Shown here in pieces: positions 1 through 10,444 of a stretch of DNA of 64,000 nucleotides. Numbering within the stretch: position 1 is the first letter of the stretch; every line of letters starts with the position of its first letter. The DNA is from a virus (taxonomy: Duplodnaviria > Caudoviricetes): positions 2,595 to 66,594 of IMG/VR virus record IMGVR_UViG_3300021400_000341; one strand, 5' to 3'. Made by a program: the position numbers and the translations under genes. A model generated the notes under the pieces. That model saw nothing but the letters and a program-made list of their open reading frames with translations. It had not been told where the DNA came from and did not search any database.

Positions 1-359
1 TGCCATTTCTTACCATCTATATGATTTACTTCTAAATCTGATATAGTATAACCTTGTTTTGTAAGTCTTTTAGGAACTTTAATAAATGCTATAGCAACAA
101 GTCTATGTATGGACATATTTCTTTTAGATATAATCATTCGACAATAACCATTAGTACCTACTCTTATTTTAAATATACGACCATTTCTCATTACTCTACC
201 TTTTGATGATACGAAATAATCACTTTCCATATTATCAATTTTAACGCGTTTCCATTTTTCTTTTTTATGTAGATAATCATTTTCTAAAATATCTACATCA
301 AGGAAAATTCCATTTGGTAAATTATGTGGTATAAAATCACTAAGTTGATTCTTTTTCAT
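1..359 (-). CDS. NUMOD4-HNH homing endonuclease (partial, runs off the left edge)
   Basis: Manual translation from ATG at 359: MKKNQLSDF...KWKRVKIDNMESDYFVSSKGRV (NUMOD4-like)...IHRLVAIAFI...LEVNHIDGKKW (HNH). SD AAGAAAGGAA upstream. Not in the ORF track. Confidence 0.85.
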   Translation of the reverse strand, partial: MKKNQLSDFIPHNLPNGIFLDVDILENDYLHKKEKWKRVKIDNMESDYFVSSKGRVMRNGRIFKIRVGTNGYCRMIISKRNMSIHRLVAIAFIKVPKRLTKQGYTISDLEVNHIDGKKW

Positions 360-454
360 ATTTTTAAATTCCTTTCTTATAGTATTTTTAAAAATATGTA
401 TGTATACTTATTTTATTTTAAAGTAGGTAAAACAGTGTAATAATATGATATTTT

Positions 455-1252
455 TTAATTTATTTTTACGGCTTTTGGATATGAACCCGTTACAACTGAA
501 GTACCAAATGGTGATATATCTTCTTTTGTAATACCATCCATAAATGCTGATGATAATACTTTATATTCACCTGTAACTATATCTTTGTATGCTCCCTTCA
601 TTATATTCATATTTTGATAATTACCAAGACCACCTCTTGCTCCTGATATATATAAATCTAATCCGGGATCTTTAGCAAGGTCTTTTTTAACATCATTCAT
701 TAATTCACCAATGATTTTTTCAGAAGTCGGTATATCATTATTTTTCAATTCTTTTTTATATTTAGTAAATAACTCTTTCTTCTTTTTCAAAACATCTGCA
801 GGTAGTGTAATAGAGTTTCTTGTAAATGACGTAGTTATTACTGAATTTAATTGAAATCCTAATGTATCTCTATAATCAATCCATTTAGTATAATCATCAG
901 TAGTTATTTGGTCATTTAATAATGCATTAGTTAATTTTTTCTCTATACCACCATAGGCTCCTTTAGTTAATGGGATATTTACATATCCTAATACTTTTTG
1001 AAACCCACATCTTTCAATAAGATATTTATTAAATATAAATCTTCCTACAGTAGTTTCTGTATTTGTTTTTACAAAATAATCTGCCGGTGTTAAAGTAAAA
1101 GTATCAGTAGGATTAAACTTACTTTTCTTTAATGGTTTATTTGGAAGTTCATCATTTCTTGTATCTCCAATAAGTCCTACTAAAAAAGAAAAAGTCATAT
1201 CTTCAGGTTTAATAGATAATAAATATTCTTTATCAGAATTTGAAAGTTTCAT
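455..1252 (-). CDS. RNA polymerase beta' middle fragment (probably virion RNAP), ending at the bridge helix
   Basis: TTVGRFIFN and LYISGARG match beta' motifs (TTVGRVIFN, SGARG). The ORF stops at GSYPKAVKIN, where beta' normally continues into the T-A-x-S-G-Y half of the bridge helix. Confidence 0.8.
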   Translation of the reverse strand: MKLSNSDKEYLLSIKPEDMTFSFLVGLIGDTRNDELPNKPLKKSKFNPTDTFTLTPADYFVKTNTETTVGRFIFNKYLIERCGFQKVLGYVNIPLTKGAYGGIEKKLTNALLNDQITTDDYTKWIDYRDTLGFQLNSVITTSFTRNSITLPADVLKKKKELFTKYKKELKNNDIPTSEKIIGELMNDVKKDLAKDPGLDLYISGARGGLGNYQNMNIMKGAYKDIVTGEYKVLSSAFMDGITKEDISPFGTSVVTGSYPKAVKIN

Positions 1253-1259
1253 AATTATA

Positions 1260-1994
1260 TTAAGCCTCCTCTTCTTTTAAAGTTTTCTTTAACATAAGAC
1301 CTTTTGTAACAAGGTCTGAATTTAATCCCATTCCTAATAAAAATGTATCTACTGTATTTAATGTAGTTTTATTAACTACATCACTATCTAATTCTTCTAA
1401 TGAAACATATCCTTTATTAGAAATAGCTGTTATCATTTCTTCTTTCATAACCATATCATCTGATCTTGGTCCATTTAATTCTTTTAACGTATCTTTCATA
1501 TTATATGATATTAGCATGAAATTTTCAAGGTCAGACTGTCTACCATTTTTATCAGAAGCTGTAACCTGACCTGTTAAAGCAGATCTAATATCACTTGCTG
1601 TTGATAGTCCATTTTTCTTTGCAAGAATTTGCTGAGTTCTCTTTATATGACAATATCCAACAGGAACAGGTTCTTTAGTGGATATTACATTTCCTTTATC
1701 CATAGTATAATGAGGACAATATACTTTTTCAAATAAAGGAATCTTTAATATACCGGCAGCTTTCTCTATACTTTCAAATGTAAGTTCTATCTCGTAATCT
1801 ACTACAGTCAATGTTAAGTAATCATTCTCATTAGCAAATAAGTCTTTAAAAAAAGAATCAAATTGCTTATCTGACATAGCAGAAAACTCTTCACGGTAAT
1901 GCTTTGTATTTTTACCGGTAGGGTCTAATGCTGAGAATACTGAATAGATTAAATCTTCCATTCGTTTTCTTTTTAATGAGGTTATCATTAACAT
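1260..1994 (-). CDS. RNA polymerase beta C-terminal fragment (probably virion RNAP)
   Basis: GYCHIKRTQQ...GRQSDLENFMLISYN...LKELNGPRSDD parallels the beta C-terminus (GYMYMLKL..H...GQRFGEMEVWALEAYG...LQEILTVKSDD). Late-type promoter at 2020-2031. Confidence 0.8.
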   Translation of the reverse strand: MLMITSLKRKRMEDLIYSVFSALDPTGKNTKHYREEFSAMSDKQFDSFFKDLFANENDYLTLTVVDYEIELTFESIEKAAGILKIPLFEKVYCPHYTMDKGNVISTKEPVPVGYCHIKRTQQILAKKNGLSTASDIRSALTGQVTASDKNGRQSDLENFMLISYNMKDTLKELNGPRSDDMVMKEEMITAISNKGYVSLEELDSDVVNKTTLNTVDTFLLGMGLNSDLVTKGLMLKKTLKEEEA

Positions 1995-2164
1995 GACCTC
2001 CTTTTCTTTTATTAATGATTATCTAAATGTTTCCTGCCACTTTTTATATTACCGTATGTCGATAGAAGATATAGAGGCTATGGAGGAAGAGGGTTAATCC
2101 CTCTTCTTTTTTTATAGTTTTACATTTATTTAAATATAAAACTAAAATAAAGGAGGAGATTGTA

Positions 2165-3301
2165 TTGAGTTTAGTCAAGGCTCTTTTTTTGGAAAAAGGA
2201 CATGATCTTGGAACGGGATTAATATCTATTAGAAAATTTGAATCTGATATGATTGAGCTTCCGGAAAATGCCATATATCTATTAGATAGTGCTTCCTCAA
2301 GTGCTTGTAATAAATCGGCTTTTATATACAATAACAAAGTATATGTTATAATGAAAACATATTATGATATAGATGCGGATACTATTATATTAATTGCTAA
2401 ATTAGATACTGAAAATAATAATGATTATAAAGATCCTGAGGAAGTAATAGTTATAGAACCTGAGATTACAGTAAATGGTGTAGTATATGATAATATAAGT
2501 GATGCTATAGCAAATGCTGAAGAAGGTCAAACTATTAAAGGAAATGGATGTACTATAAATGATGCAGTAAATTTAACTAAAGCTGTTAATATTAAAAATC
2601 TTATATTCAAAGGAAATGTTACAGCTAATATTACATCTGATAAATCTATGGAAATATCAAATAGTGAATTTATTGGTTCTTCATTAAACATAGTATCTAA
2701 TTCAGAGAATAATACTATTTCCATTAATAATAATAAATTTAGTACTGATACTTTTATAAGAAATCCTCTTATATTAAATACAAAAGGAAAAGTAGTTGTA
2801 AAGGGAAATGTATTTAACGGTGGAGATAAAGTATATTATAATCCTGTAGAGACAGGTGTTAATACAGAAATATCAGGAGCCGATATTTCCGACAATAAAT
2901 TCTATGGCTCATTCAAAAACAATGCTATAAATATATTTGCAGTCAAAGATAATATAAGTATTAATATCAATAATAATTACTTTGAGAATCCTTCAAACTG
3001 TGTAAGATTAAGTAATGTAACTAATCATAATGCAATATTCTATTTTAAGAAAAATCAATACTGTAATGAAGTTCTTGAAGGTGATGCTGCTAAATATATG
3101 GGATTTTTATTATGTCAATCATTTACTGAGACTCCTCAGGATTTCAGTAAATATAATTTAGTATTCAGTGCTCACATGTATAAAAATACTGTAATCACAA
3201 GGCAGATAGATGAATCTGTTCCTCAAAGAACTTATTATACATATGATAATAACACAGGTGGATCTACTGAAACTAATCCTAAAGTCACATTTATCAAATA
3301 A
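2165..3301 (+). CDS. Right-handed beta-helix protein, putative virion/receptor-binding protein
   Basis: YDNISDAIANAEEGQTI followed by Asn-rich ISNNKF/VKGNVF/ISDNKF rungs typical of pectin-lyase-like helices. Confidence 0.5.
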   Translation: MSLVKALFLEKGHDLGTGLISIRKFESDMIELPENAIYLLDSASSSACNKSAFIYNNKVYVIMKTYYDIDADTIILIAKLDTENNNDYKDPEEVIVIEPEITVNGVVYDNISDAIANAEEGQTIKGNGCTINDAVNLTKAVNIKNLIFKGNVTANITSDKSMEISNSEFIGSSLNIVSNSENNTISINNNKFSTDTFIRNPLILNTKGKVVVKGNVFNGGDKVYYNPVETGVNTEISGADISDNKFYGSFKNNAINIFAVKDNISININNNYFENPSNCVRLSNVTNHNAIFYFKKNQYCNEVLEGDAAKYMGFLLCQSFTETPQDFSKYNLVFSAHMYKNTVITRQIDESVPQRTYYTYDNNTGGSTETNPKVTFIK

Positions 3302-3321
3302 TAGAAAAGGAGTGATGATAT

Positions 3322-4095
3322 ATGGCTTCAAAGACAGCTAAATTTAAAAAGAAAATCAATGGTGTTATTTATGATCTTAATATTATAAGTGATGCTAATA
3401 GTATTAAGGTAGATGATAAAGGTGGTACTGTAGCAAGTATGCTTGAAGGTTTTAATACAAAACTTCAGGATTTAGATACTACTATACAGGAAGCTGACCC
3501 TGCTGGTTTAAGAACAGATATAACCACTATTCAGGGAGAAATTGCTACCTATAATACTAAAATATCAACATTAGAAACTACTGTAGCAAATCAGGCAACA
3601 GAAATTGATAGTAAAGCTAATGCTGATGATGTATATGACAAAATTGAAGTAGATACTGCTCTTGCTGCCAAGACTGATAAAGAAGTCGCTGGTACCAATG
3701 GTAAAGCACTTATCTTTAATGAAGGTGACGGTGGCGGAGCTAAATTTGAAAATAGTGATAATGTAACAAAGTCATTTGCCGGTGTAAATGATGGCGTTGC
3801 TGGTATATATGCTCAACTCTATGCAGTTGAAAAACAATCTAGTGGTAAATCTAGAGGTTCTAAATTTGATGTTACTCTCGGTGGTATATATTATACTACA
3901 GGTCAAGACAGTGAAGGATCACCTACTGATAGAGATGTATCTGCAAATGAACTTGCAGTAAAAGGTGATTTAGCTGATTTAGCTGATACTGTATACACAA
4001 AAGCTGAAGTAGATGCTGCTATTGCTGCAGCTGTGCCTACTACACAGGCTATTGAAGCTATTATAGAGAATTATCTCAACACACACAATAATTAA
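3322..4095 (+). CDS. Putative tail fibre/structural protein
   Basis: Coiled-coil N-half; VYDKIEVD/VYTKAEVD fibre-type repeats; SD AAGGAG. Confidence 0.45.
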   Translation: MASKTAKFKKKINGVIYDLNIISDANSIKVDDKGGTVASMLEGFNTKLQDLDTTIQEADPAGLRTDITTIQGEIATYNTKISTLETTVANQATEIDSKANADDVYDKIEVDTALAAKTDKEVAGTNGKALIFNEGDGGGAKFENSDNVTKSFAGVNDGVAGIYAQLYAVEKQSSGKSRGSKFDVTLGGIYYTTGQDSEGSPTDRDVSANELAVKGDLADLADTVYTKAEVDAAIAAAVPTTQAIEAIIENYLNTHNN

Positions 4096-4210
4096 TTTTT
4101 TTATAATACCATAGTCAAATGGCTATGGTATTATATACCGTAATTTGAATTATATTTTATACTTCTCACATTTAAATAAATTATTAAATGAAAGGAGATA
4201 TAAATTAAGT

Positions 4211-5779
4211 ATGAATGAAGATATTAAAAAAGATGAAAGCATGGACATTAATTCTTTGATAAAGAAAGAAAAGAATTCTAAACAGAATATAGATAGTAGT
4301 AATAATGAAGAAAATGTAAAAGGACTTATTGTTGATAATAAAGAATTAGAAGAAAAGAATAAGCCTGCTGAAATTGTTCATAAGAGTGTGGATGATGCAA
4401 GAAATGAAACATCTGAATATTTAGATGAACAAGATAAAATGATTAGTGCTACTGAAAAAATTAAACTTGTAAGACAGCCTAAAGACCAAATGGAAATGGT
4501 TCAAATAATGAATACAGTTTCAGCTGTAGCAGATGGTTCTATTACACCTGAAGAAGCTGAAAAATCTTCAGACTTATTTGAGGCTGTAGGTAGTGATAAG
4601 AAAGCTGTTATTAATGAAGATGTAGATATGTCTGAAGAAGATAATTCTATACCTGTCTTAGATGATGATAAGAAAAAGTATATTGAAATTATTATAGATA
4701 AGACCGGTATGGGTGCTAATCTTGACTTTACTGCTGAAGAGAGAGATAAAGTAAAAACAGCTGATGTTATACAAGTAAAAGAAATTAAAGAAGTAAATCT
4801 TTCATGTATTAAAGTAAAGAAATCTAGAAAATCTTTTATGGATGATATTAAGGAATTCCAAATTGGTTCTGATAAAGTTCCTGTTGTATTCCCTGCTTCA
4901 AGATTTAGAGCATATATGAGTGGTTTATCATATGGTGAAATGGGTGATATTGCTTTAAATACAAACAATGTTACTTTTGACCAGATGCATAAAAAACTTA
5001 GTGTAATATATAATAAGATGGTAAATCCTTCTATTGGAGAATTTAAGAGTTTTGAAGATTTCTTAAGAAAGTTTGCTTATACTGATATTGATATAGCTGT
5101 ATATGGATTATTGGTAGCATCTATTCCTGAATTTACAGAAATAGCTTTAACTTGTACAGATAAGAAATGTGGCAAGACATTTGAACATAAATATTCTCCG
5201 AGAGAACTTCTTAGGTTTGACAAAGCAAATGATCAATTTCTTAAAACATTAGAGAAGATTGCTGATTGTCCTCGTAAAGATGCTAAGGCATTATTTGAGG
5301 AATCTCCTGTAAATAGTCATAAGATGTATGAACTTCCTAATTCAGGATATATTATCGAAGTTGGAGTAGCATCTGCTTATGATTATCTATATAAGATAAT
5401 AGATAATACTCTTGGCGATAAATTTAAAGAAGAACATCCTGATGATGTAAACAATGTTCTTAGATTTAACACAGTATTACTTTCTCTTGTAGATAAAATT
5501 TATGTACCTAATGGTGATGAGTATATTGAATATACAGAAGCTGAAGATATTATTAATGCATTATATTACATTAAACCTGATGAGATTGCAATGATAGTAG
5601 ATATTCTTCAGAAGTATGGTAATACTTATAGTACTACTTTTGAATTTAGAGATATTCAATGCCCTCATTGTGGTTATAAGACTGAACTTATCCCTATTAA
5701 TATTAATGATCTGGTTTTTCTCAAATATCAACAGTTGATGAATACAACCGTAGATGTGAACAACATTATAGTGAACTAA
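4211..5779 (+). CDS. Putative tail/baseplate assembly protein with Zn-binding Cys pairs
   Basis: CTDKKC and CPHC motifs resemble T4 gp26-type hub/chaperone proteins. Start moved to ATG 4211 because of SD GAAAGGAG. Confidence 0.4.
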   Translation: MNEDIKKDESMDINSLIKKEKNSKQNIDSSNNEENVKGLIVDNKELEEKNKPAEIVHKSVDDARNETSEYLDEQDKMISATEKIKLVRQPKDQMEMVQIMNTVSAVADGSITPEEAEKSSDLFEAVGSDKKAVINEDVDMSEEDNSIPVLDDDKKKYIEIIIDKTGMGANLDFTAEERDKVKTADVIQVKEIKEVNLSCIKVKKSRKSFMDDIKEFQIGSDKVPVVFPASRFRAYMSGLSYGEMGDIALNTNNVTFDQMHKKLSVIYNKMVNPSIGEFKSFEDFLRKFAYTDIDIAVYGLLVASIPEFTEIALTCTDKKCGKTFEHKYSPRELLRFDKANDQFLKTLEKIADCPRKDAKALFEESPVNSHKMYELPNSGYIIEVGVASAYDYLYKIIDNTLGDKFKEEHPDDVNNVLRFNTVLLSLVDKIYVPNGDEYIEYTEAEDIINALYYIKPDEIAMIVDILQKYGNTYSTTFEFRDIQCPHCGYKTELIPININDLVFLKYQQLMNTTVDVNNIIVN

Positions 5780-5793
5780 ATGCATTCTTAGCA

Positions 5794-5967
5794 ATGTTTA
5801 AAAGTGAACTAAGTTTACATAACATACTTTATGATTTAACATATAAAGAATTGATATATCTTGCAAAAGCAAGGGAAGCTCAAATTCTAAAAGAACATAA
5901 AGAAAATGAGACTATGTTGAAAAATCAAGAAAATATGAATATAAGAAATAGTATTCTTAAGAAATGA
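5794..5967 (+). CDS. Small ORF (57 aa), possibly a -1 frameshift extension of the upstream gene
   Basis: MFKSELSLHNILYDLTYKELIYLAKAREAQ...; frame open from 5710; no SD before the ATG. Confidence 0.5.
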   Translation: MFKSELSLHNILYDLTYKELIYLAKAREAQILKEHKENETMLKNQENMNIRNSILKK

Positions 5968-6010
5968 TGATACATTAATTTAAAATTTTTAATTTGAGGG
6001 GGATAAGATT

Positions 6011-6337
6011 TTGGATAAAGATATGGCCTGCTGTATAAATCATTTAGCCGGGTCTTCTTTAGAAATCTTTGAAAATATAATAAGCCTTCAATATGTTAAA
6101 TTTATAAAATTTTATAGACTTATTGAAAAATATCTAAGTAATATAGATTCTATGGAATATGGTTCCATTTCACAATCGTCATTAGATGTTATACTTATAT
6201 TCAAAAATGATAATGATTTGAAATCTATAAAATCTGATATGTTAGATTATATTGATACTAATAATTATGATGGCGATGTTAAGATTTCTAAAAGTAAAAA
6301 TAAATTAAGTGTTAGTATAAGACTTAATGAAGATTAG
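6011..6337 (+). CDS. Hypothetical protein
   Basis: ORF with GAGGGG SD and TACA-N6-TA motif at 5971-5982. Confidence 0.7.
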   Translation: MDKDMACCINHLAGSSLEIFENIISLQYVKFIKFYRLIEKYLSNIDSMEYGSISQSSLDVILIFKNDNDLKSIKSDMLDYIDTNNYDGDVKISKSKNKLSVSIRLNED

Positions 6338-6346
6338 GCTGTTGAT

Positions 6347-6448
6347 ATGATTGATATAGAATACATTTACGAAACAAAAGAAATTGTTTTTGTTAGTGTA
6401 GTATTATTTATAACTATACTGATATTAATATTTAAAGGAAATCTATAA
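6347..6448 (+). CDS. Small single-TM protein (33 aa)
   Basis: MIDIEYIYETKEIVFVSVVLFITILILIFKGNL, followed by a hairpin terminator; SD weak. Confidence 0.35.
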   Translation: MIDIEYIYETKEIVFVSVVLFITILILIFKGNL

Positions 6449-6505
6449 TAAAATAATCTACCTATTATTAATAGGTAGATTATTTTTTATTAAGGAGGAC
6501 TTTAT

Positions 6506-8635
6506 ATGAGTAGAATAAAACGAATAAAAAATAAGTTTTATGATGTTGGTACAAGTAATAAAAGTTTTTTACAAGTAGCAAAAGATTTAAAGAATTTAGG
6601 TATTAGAAATTATTATTTCATGTTAGAAATATATGATTACTCATTAATAAATGTAGATCCCTATGCAGATAATTTAACACAAGACCAAATTAGTAGAATA
6701 ATGATGGAATGTGTAAAGAATCCATGGTATTATCTAAGAGAAGTTTGTAGAATACCTTCTCAAGGTGGTGTACCTGTTAGATATAGAGCAAATAGAGGTA
6801 ACATTGCTCAAACATGGTGTAATTTACATGGTATAGACTCTTGGTTATGTTTACCTCGTCAGCAAGGTAAAACTGTATCTGCTATTGCATTATATGCATG
6901 GGCATATTCATTTGGTACAAATGATTCACAAACTATATTTATACATAAAGATGCAGATGGTTCTAAAGCAAATTTAGGAAGATTAAAAGACCAAATAGAT
7001 TGCTTACCTGAATATCTTAGATTTGAATCTTTAATGATTGAAGACAGTAGTGGCAAACTAAAAACAGTAAAAGCTGTTAAGAATGCAACATCATTAAAAC
7101 ATCCTATAACTAATAATGTAATAAATACTAAATCTAAAGCTACTAATTATGAAGCAGCATTATCATTAGCTCGTGGTTTAAGCTGTCCGTTATTATATTT
7201 CGATGAACCTGAGTTCACAAATGAAATAAAAACTATAATAGAAAACTCAGCTCCTACTTTTAATACAGCTGCGAGAAATGCTAAACAAAATAATGCTTTA
7301 TATAGTAGATGTTTTACTTGTACGCCTGGCGACCTTGATACAGCTCCGGGTGAGCAATCTCAAAAAATACTTGCAGATACTGCTACATGGACTGAAAAAA
7401 TGTATGATATGCATTATGATAAAGATGATGATAAAAATGAAGTATTACAATATGTTTATAATAATAGTAGAAATAATATAGTTTATATAGAGTATAGCTA
7501 TAAACAATTAGGATTATCTAATGACTGGTTCTATAATATATGTAGAGAAATTAATAACCCTATAACTGTAAAAAGAGAAGTATTATTACAAAGAATAAGA
7601 GGTTCTTCAGATTCTCCTTTTGACCAAGAAGATATTGAGTATATTATGAACTCAGTTAAAAGTGTAATTGAAGAATTATTTATATTAGAATACTTTAAAT
7701 TTGATGTATATACTCCTTTAAATAGAACTACTCCTTATATAGTGGGAGTAGACTGTTCTACAGGTACTAATGAAGATAATAATGCTATAACTATAATAGA
7801 CCCATATACAGAAGAACCTGTAGCTGATTTTAAATGTCCTTATATAGGTGAAACTAAATATGAGCAGTTGTTAATGACTCTTGTTAAAGAACATATACCA
7901 AGAGCTATATTATGTATAGAGAGAAATAGTGTTGGTGATGGTATAATAGACCATCTATTAAATTCATCAATTAGACAAAATGTTTATTATGATAAGAATA
8001 AAGATTTAGTTGAAGATAATTTAAAAGATAGCTCTACAATAACAAGTATGCTTAAAAAACAAGCTGAGCAAAAGAAATTCTATGGTGTATATACTGGTCC
8101 ACAGAGTAGAGAAGATATGATGGCTATATTATTTAGAAGAGTTGCAGAATTTAAAGATAAATTTGTTACTAAAAATATAGCTGATGATATAGCTCATTTA
8201 GTAAGAACAAGGTCAGGTAAAGTTGAAGCAGGACCCGGTATGCATGATGATAATGTCATGTCATATCTAATAGGAATGTATATATTCTATCATGGTAATA
8301 ATCTTCCTATGTTTGGATTTATCAGAGGTTCTGAAGAGATAGTTTCTAAAGCAGACAAAAACTATACTATAGATGATATTGAAAGATTGGGAATATTACC
8401 TGAGAAAGATATTATTACTATGAAACAACAAGAAGCTGTAGCTAAGGAAAATGATTATGATAAATTATTACAAAAAGCTATAGCTCAAGCACAAACTGAA
8501 ACAAGAGTTCTTGCTGAAAGAGGACTAATTAGAAATAGTGTATATGAAAATACTCCTAAAGAAGTATTAAATGAATCAGATTATTCAAGTGGAGATATAG
8601 ATTTAGATATATTTAATGAATTAAATGGATTCTAA
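6506..8635 (+). CDS. terL: Terminase large subunit
   Basis: Walker A LPRQQGKT, Walker B YFDE, RNase H-like GVDCSTG and HDDNVMS. Confidence 0.9.
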   Translation: MSRIKRIKNKFYDVGTSNKSFLQVAKDLKNLGIRNYYFMLEIYDYSLINVDPYADNLTQDQISRIMMECVKNPWYYLREVCRIPSQGGVPVRYRANRGNIAQTWCNLHGIDSWLCLPRQQGKTVSAIALYAWAYSFGTNDSQTIFIHKDADGSKANLGRLKDQIDCLPEYLRFESLMIEDSSGKLKTVKAVKNATSLKHPITNNVINTKSKATNYEAALSLARGLSCPLLYFDEPEFTNEIKTIIENSAPTFNTAARNAKQNNALYSRCFTCTPGDLDTAPGEQSQKILADTATWTEKMYDMHYDKDDDKNEVLQYVYNNSRNNIVYIEYSYKQLGLSNDWFYNICREINNPITVKREVLLQRIRGSSDSPFDQEDIEYIMNSVKSVIEELFILEYFKFDVYTPLNRTTPYIVGVDCSTGTNEDNNAITIIDPYTEEPVADFKCPYIGETKYEQLLMTLVKEHIPRAILCIERNSVGDGIIDHLLNSSIRQNVYYDKNKDLVEDNLKDSSTITSMLKKQAEQKKFYGVYTGPQSREDMMAILFRRVAEFKDKFVTKNIADDIAHLVRTRSGKVEAGPGMHDDNVMSYLIGMYIFYHGNNLPMFGFIRGSEEIVSKADKNYTIDDIERLGILPEKDIITMKQQEAVAKENDYDKLLQKAIAQAQTETRVLAERGLIRNSVYENTPKEVLNESDYSSGDIDLDIFNELNGF

Positions 8636-8691
8636 TATTCTATTATACATTATACTAAATCTATTTTTAATTGTAAAGGAGTGTTTATAGT

Positions 8692-10338
8692 ATGCCTATA
8701 AAAGACGATATAAAAACTGTAAAAGAAATGCTTTCAATGGCAGACACGGCTATTGAAACTGCCAATAGCTTATTAAGTAATAAAATAAGTTCTTATGGAT
8801 TAAATGATTTAATCATACAAAGATTAAACATTCCAAATACTAAAGAGATAAGTGAATATACTGATAACGATATTGATAAGATATTAATTAGTATAGATGC
8901 TAATAAAGAAGAAACCTATATAGATGCTTTGCGTAAAAGTTATGAAGAGTTACCTAATAATAATCCCGATAGTGAAGATTATAAAACTTTTTATGATTAT
9001 AAGAAAGAAATCTTTTTGGATATAAAAAGAGATTTAGTTAATATAAGAGATATCTATAAAGAAAAAGAAAGCCTTATCGCTGAGATAAATAAAATAAGTG
9101 AAGACTATTTTAATTATAAACACTCAGATGAATATAAAGAAAAAAGAAATGCTTATATAGAAAAATTAAAACAAGATATAGAAGCAACTTCTGATTCATC
9201 TGAAAAGAAAAAGTTAACAAAGATGTTAGATGCTCTTACTAATGAAGAGTCTATAGATTTTCTTTTTGAAAGAGTTAATAAATTAGGTGATAAGGAAATT
9301 AAAAACATTAAAGATATTTTCTTTAATAATAAACGAAGCGAACTTGTAATGGATAGATTTAGAAGTAGACTTCCAAGATTTGGATATAGTAAAGATATAT
9401 ATAAAATATTCTTTAATATTGAAGAGAAATTTCTTCCTGAAGAATATCATGTATATAATAATATATTCTTATTCCATGTTACAAGATATATTGCATATAT
9501 AAACCCTGAGAATAAAGTAGATTCTTTACATGCTTCAATTATATTAAGTAAACTTTATAATCTTATTTATCATAAATTTTCAAGTGAAGAATTGGAAAAT
9601 GAGTTTATTAACAAGATTAAAGAATTTGATGATAGATTTAAAGAATATAAAGATTACTTTGAAGAGAATAATGTAACAGCTCCTTCACATCCCAGCAGAA
9701 AAGAAAAAGATAAAGAGTATGACGAAAGAAAGAGAATGCTTATTATCACAAGTTTACAAAATGCCGGTATGGAAGATATTGATACTACAATGGAAACTGA
9801 TGAATTGGAAAATCTTTTATTAGAATATACCAAACCTCATGAAGAAATAGTAGATAAAGTTGAAGAAGTATCTGAAGAAGAGGTTACAGAAGAATCTACT
9901 GAAAAAGAAGCTGAACCTATCACTGAGCCTTTAGAGGAAATTGTTAACCAAGTAGGTGAAGAGGCAACAATATCATCCGAAGAAGTTATTGAAGAGTCTA
10001 ATGAAGAAGAAGTAGAAGATGAAGAATTACCTGATATAGATATAGTAATCAATCCTGCTGATTATTGTAATGACTTAGATTTAGCTAAAAAATATATATT
10101 GCAGTTTATTAAAGATAATAATTATAATGTAACTGTAAAAGATATAAATGATAGATTTAAGGTATATGTAGATTTATATGGTGACTTCTATGGTAATTTA
10201 AAATCTGATACTGAATATACTTTATTTGGAAAAAGTTCTGATATAGTAGAGGATAATATTCCTGAAGAACAAATATTAAGATTATTAAATGTAAATGCTC
10301 TTAATAAGATAACATTTGATATATCTACTAAAGAGTAA
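8692..10338 (+). CDS. Hypothetical protein with an acidic linker
   Basis: Long ORF with SD AAGGAG and TACA-N6-TA motif at 8646-8657; E-rich stretch near residues 380-450. Confidence 0.7.
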   Translation: MPIKDDIKTVKEMLSMADTAIETANSLLSNKISSYGLNDLIIQRLNIPNTKEISEYTDNDIDKILISIDANKEETYIDALRKSYEELPNNNPDSEDYKTFYDYKKEIFLDIKRDLVNIRDIYKEKESLIAEINKISEDYFNYKHSDEYKEKRNAYIEKLKQDIEATSDSSEKKKLTKMLDALTNEESIDFLFERVNKLGDKEIKNIKDIFFNNKRSELVMDRFRSRLPRFGYSKDIYKIFFNIEEKFLPEEYHVYNNIFLFHVTRYIAYINPENKVDSLHASIILSKLYNLIYHKFSSEELENEFINKIKEFDDRFKEYKDYFEENNVTAPSHPSRKEKDKEYDERKRMLIITSLQNAGMEDIDTTMETDELENLLLEYTKPHEEIVDKVEEVSEEEVTEESTEKEAEPITEPLEEIVNQVGEEATISSEEVIEESNEEEVEDEELPDIDIVINPADYCNDLDLAKKYILQFIKDNNYNVTVKDINDRFKVYVDLYGDFYGNLKSDTEYTLFGKSSDIVEDNIPEEQILRLLNVNALNKITFDISTKE

Positions 10339-10444
10339 TTTTAATATTCCCTTTTTATAATAGAAAAACAATTGAGTAAGTAGTATACTCAATTGTTTTT
10401 TCTATTGACGTAGTATTAAAATAATAAGAGAGGTGAGATGATAT

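Noticed and set aside
431-442. Plus-strand AACA-N6-TA motif pointing antisense into the beta' gene
   Set aside because: A single short motif in very AT-rich DNA with no downstream plus-strand gene; may be chance.
360-460. Definite group I intron at the beta' junction
   Set aside because: The only visible pairing (GUAAAA/UUUUAC) lacks the U-G splice-site pair and no catalytic core is in the window; left as unresolved.
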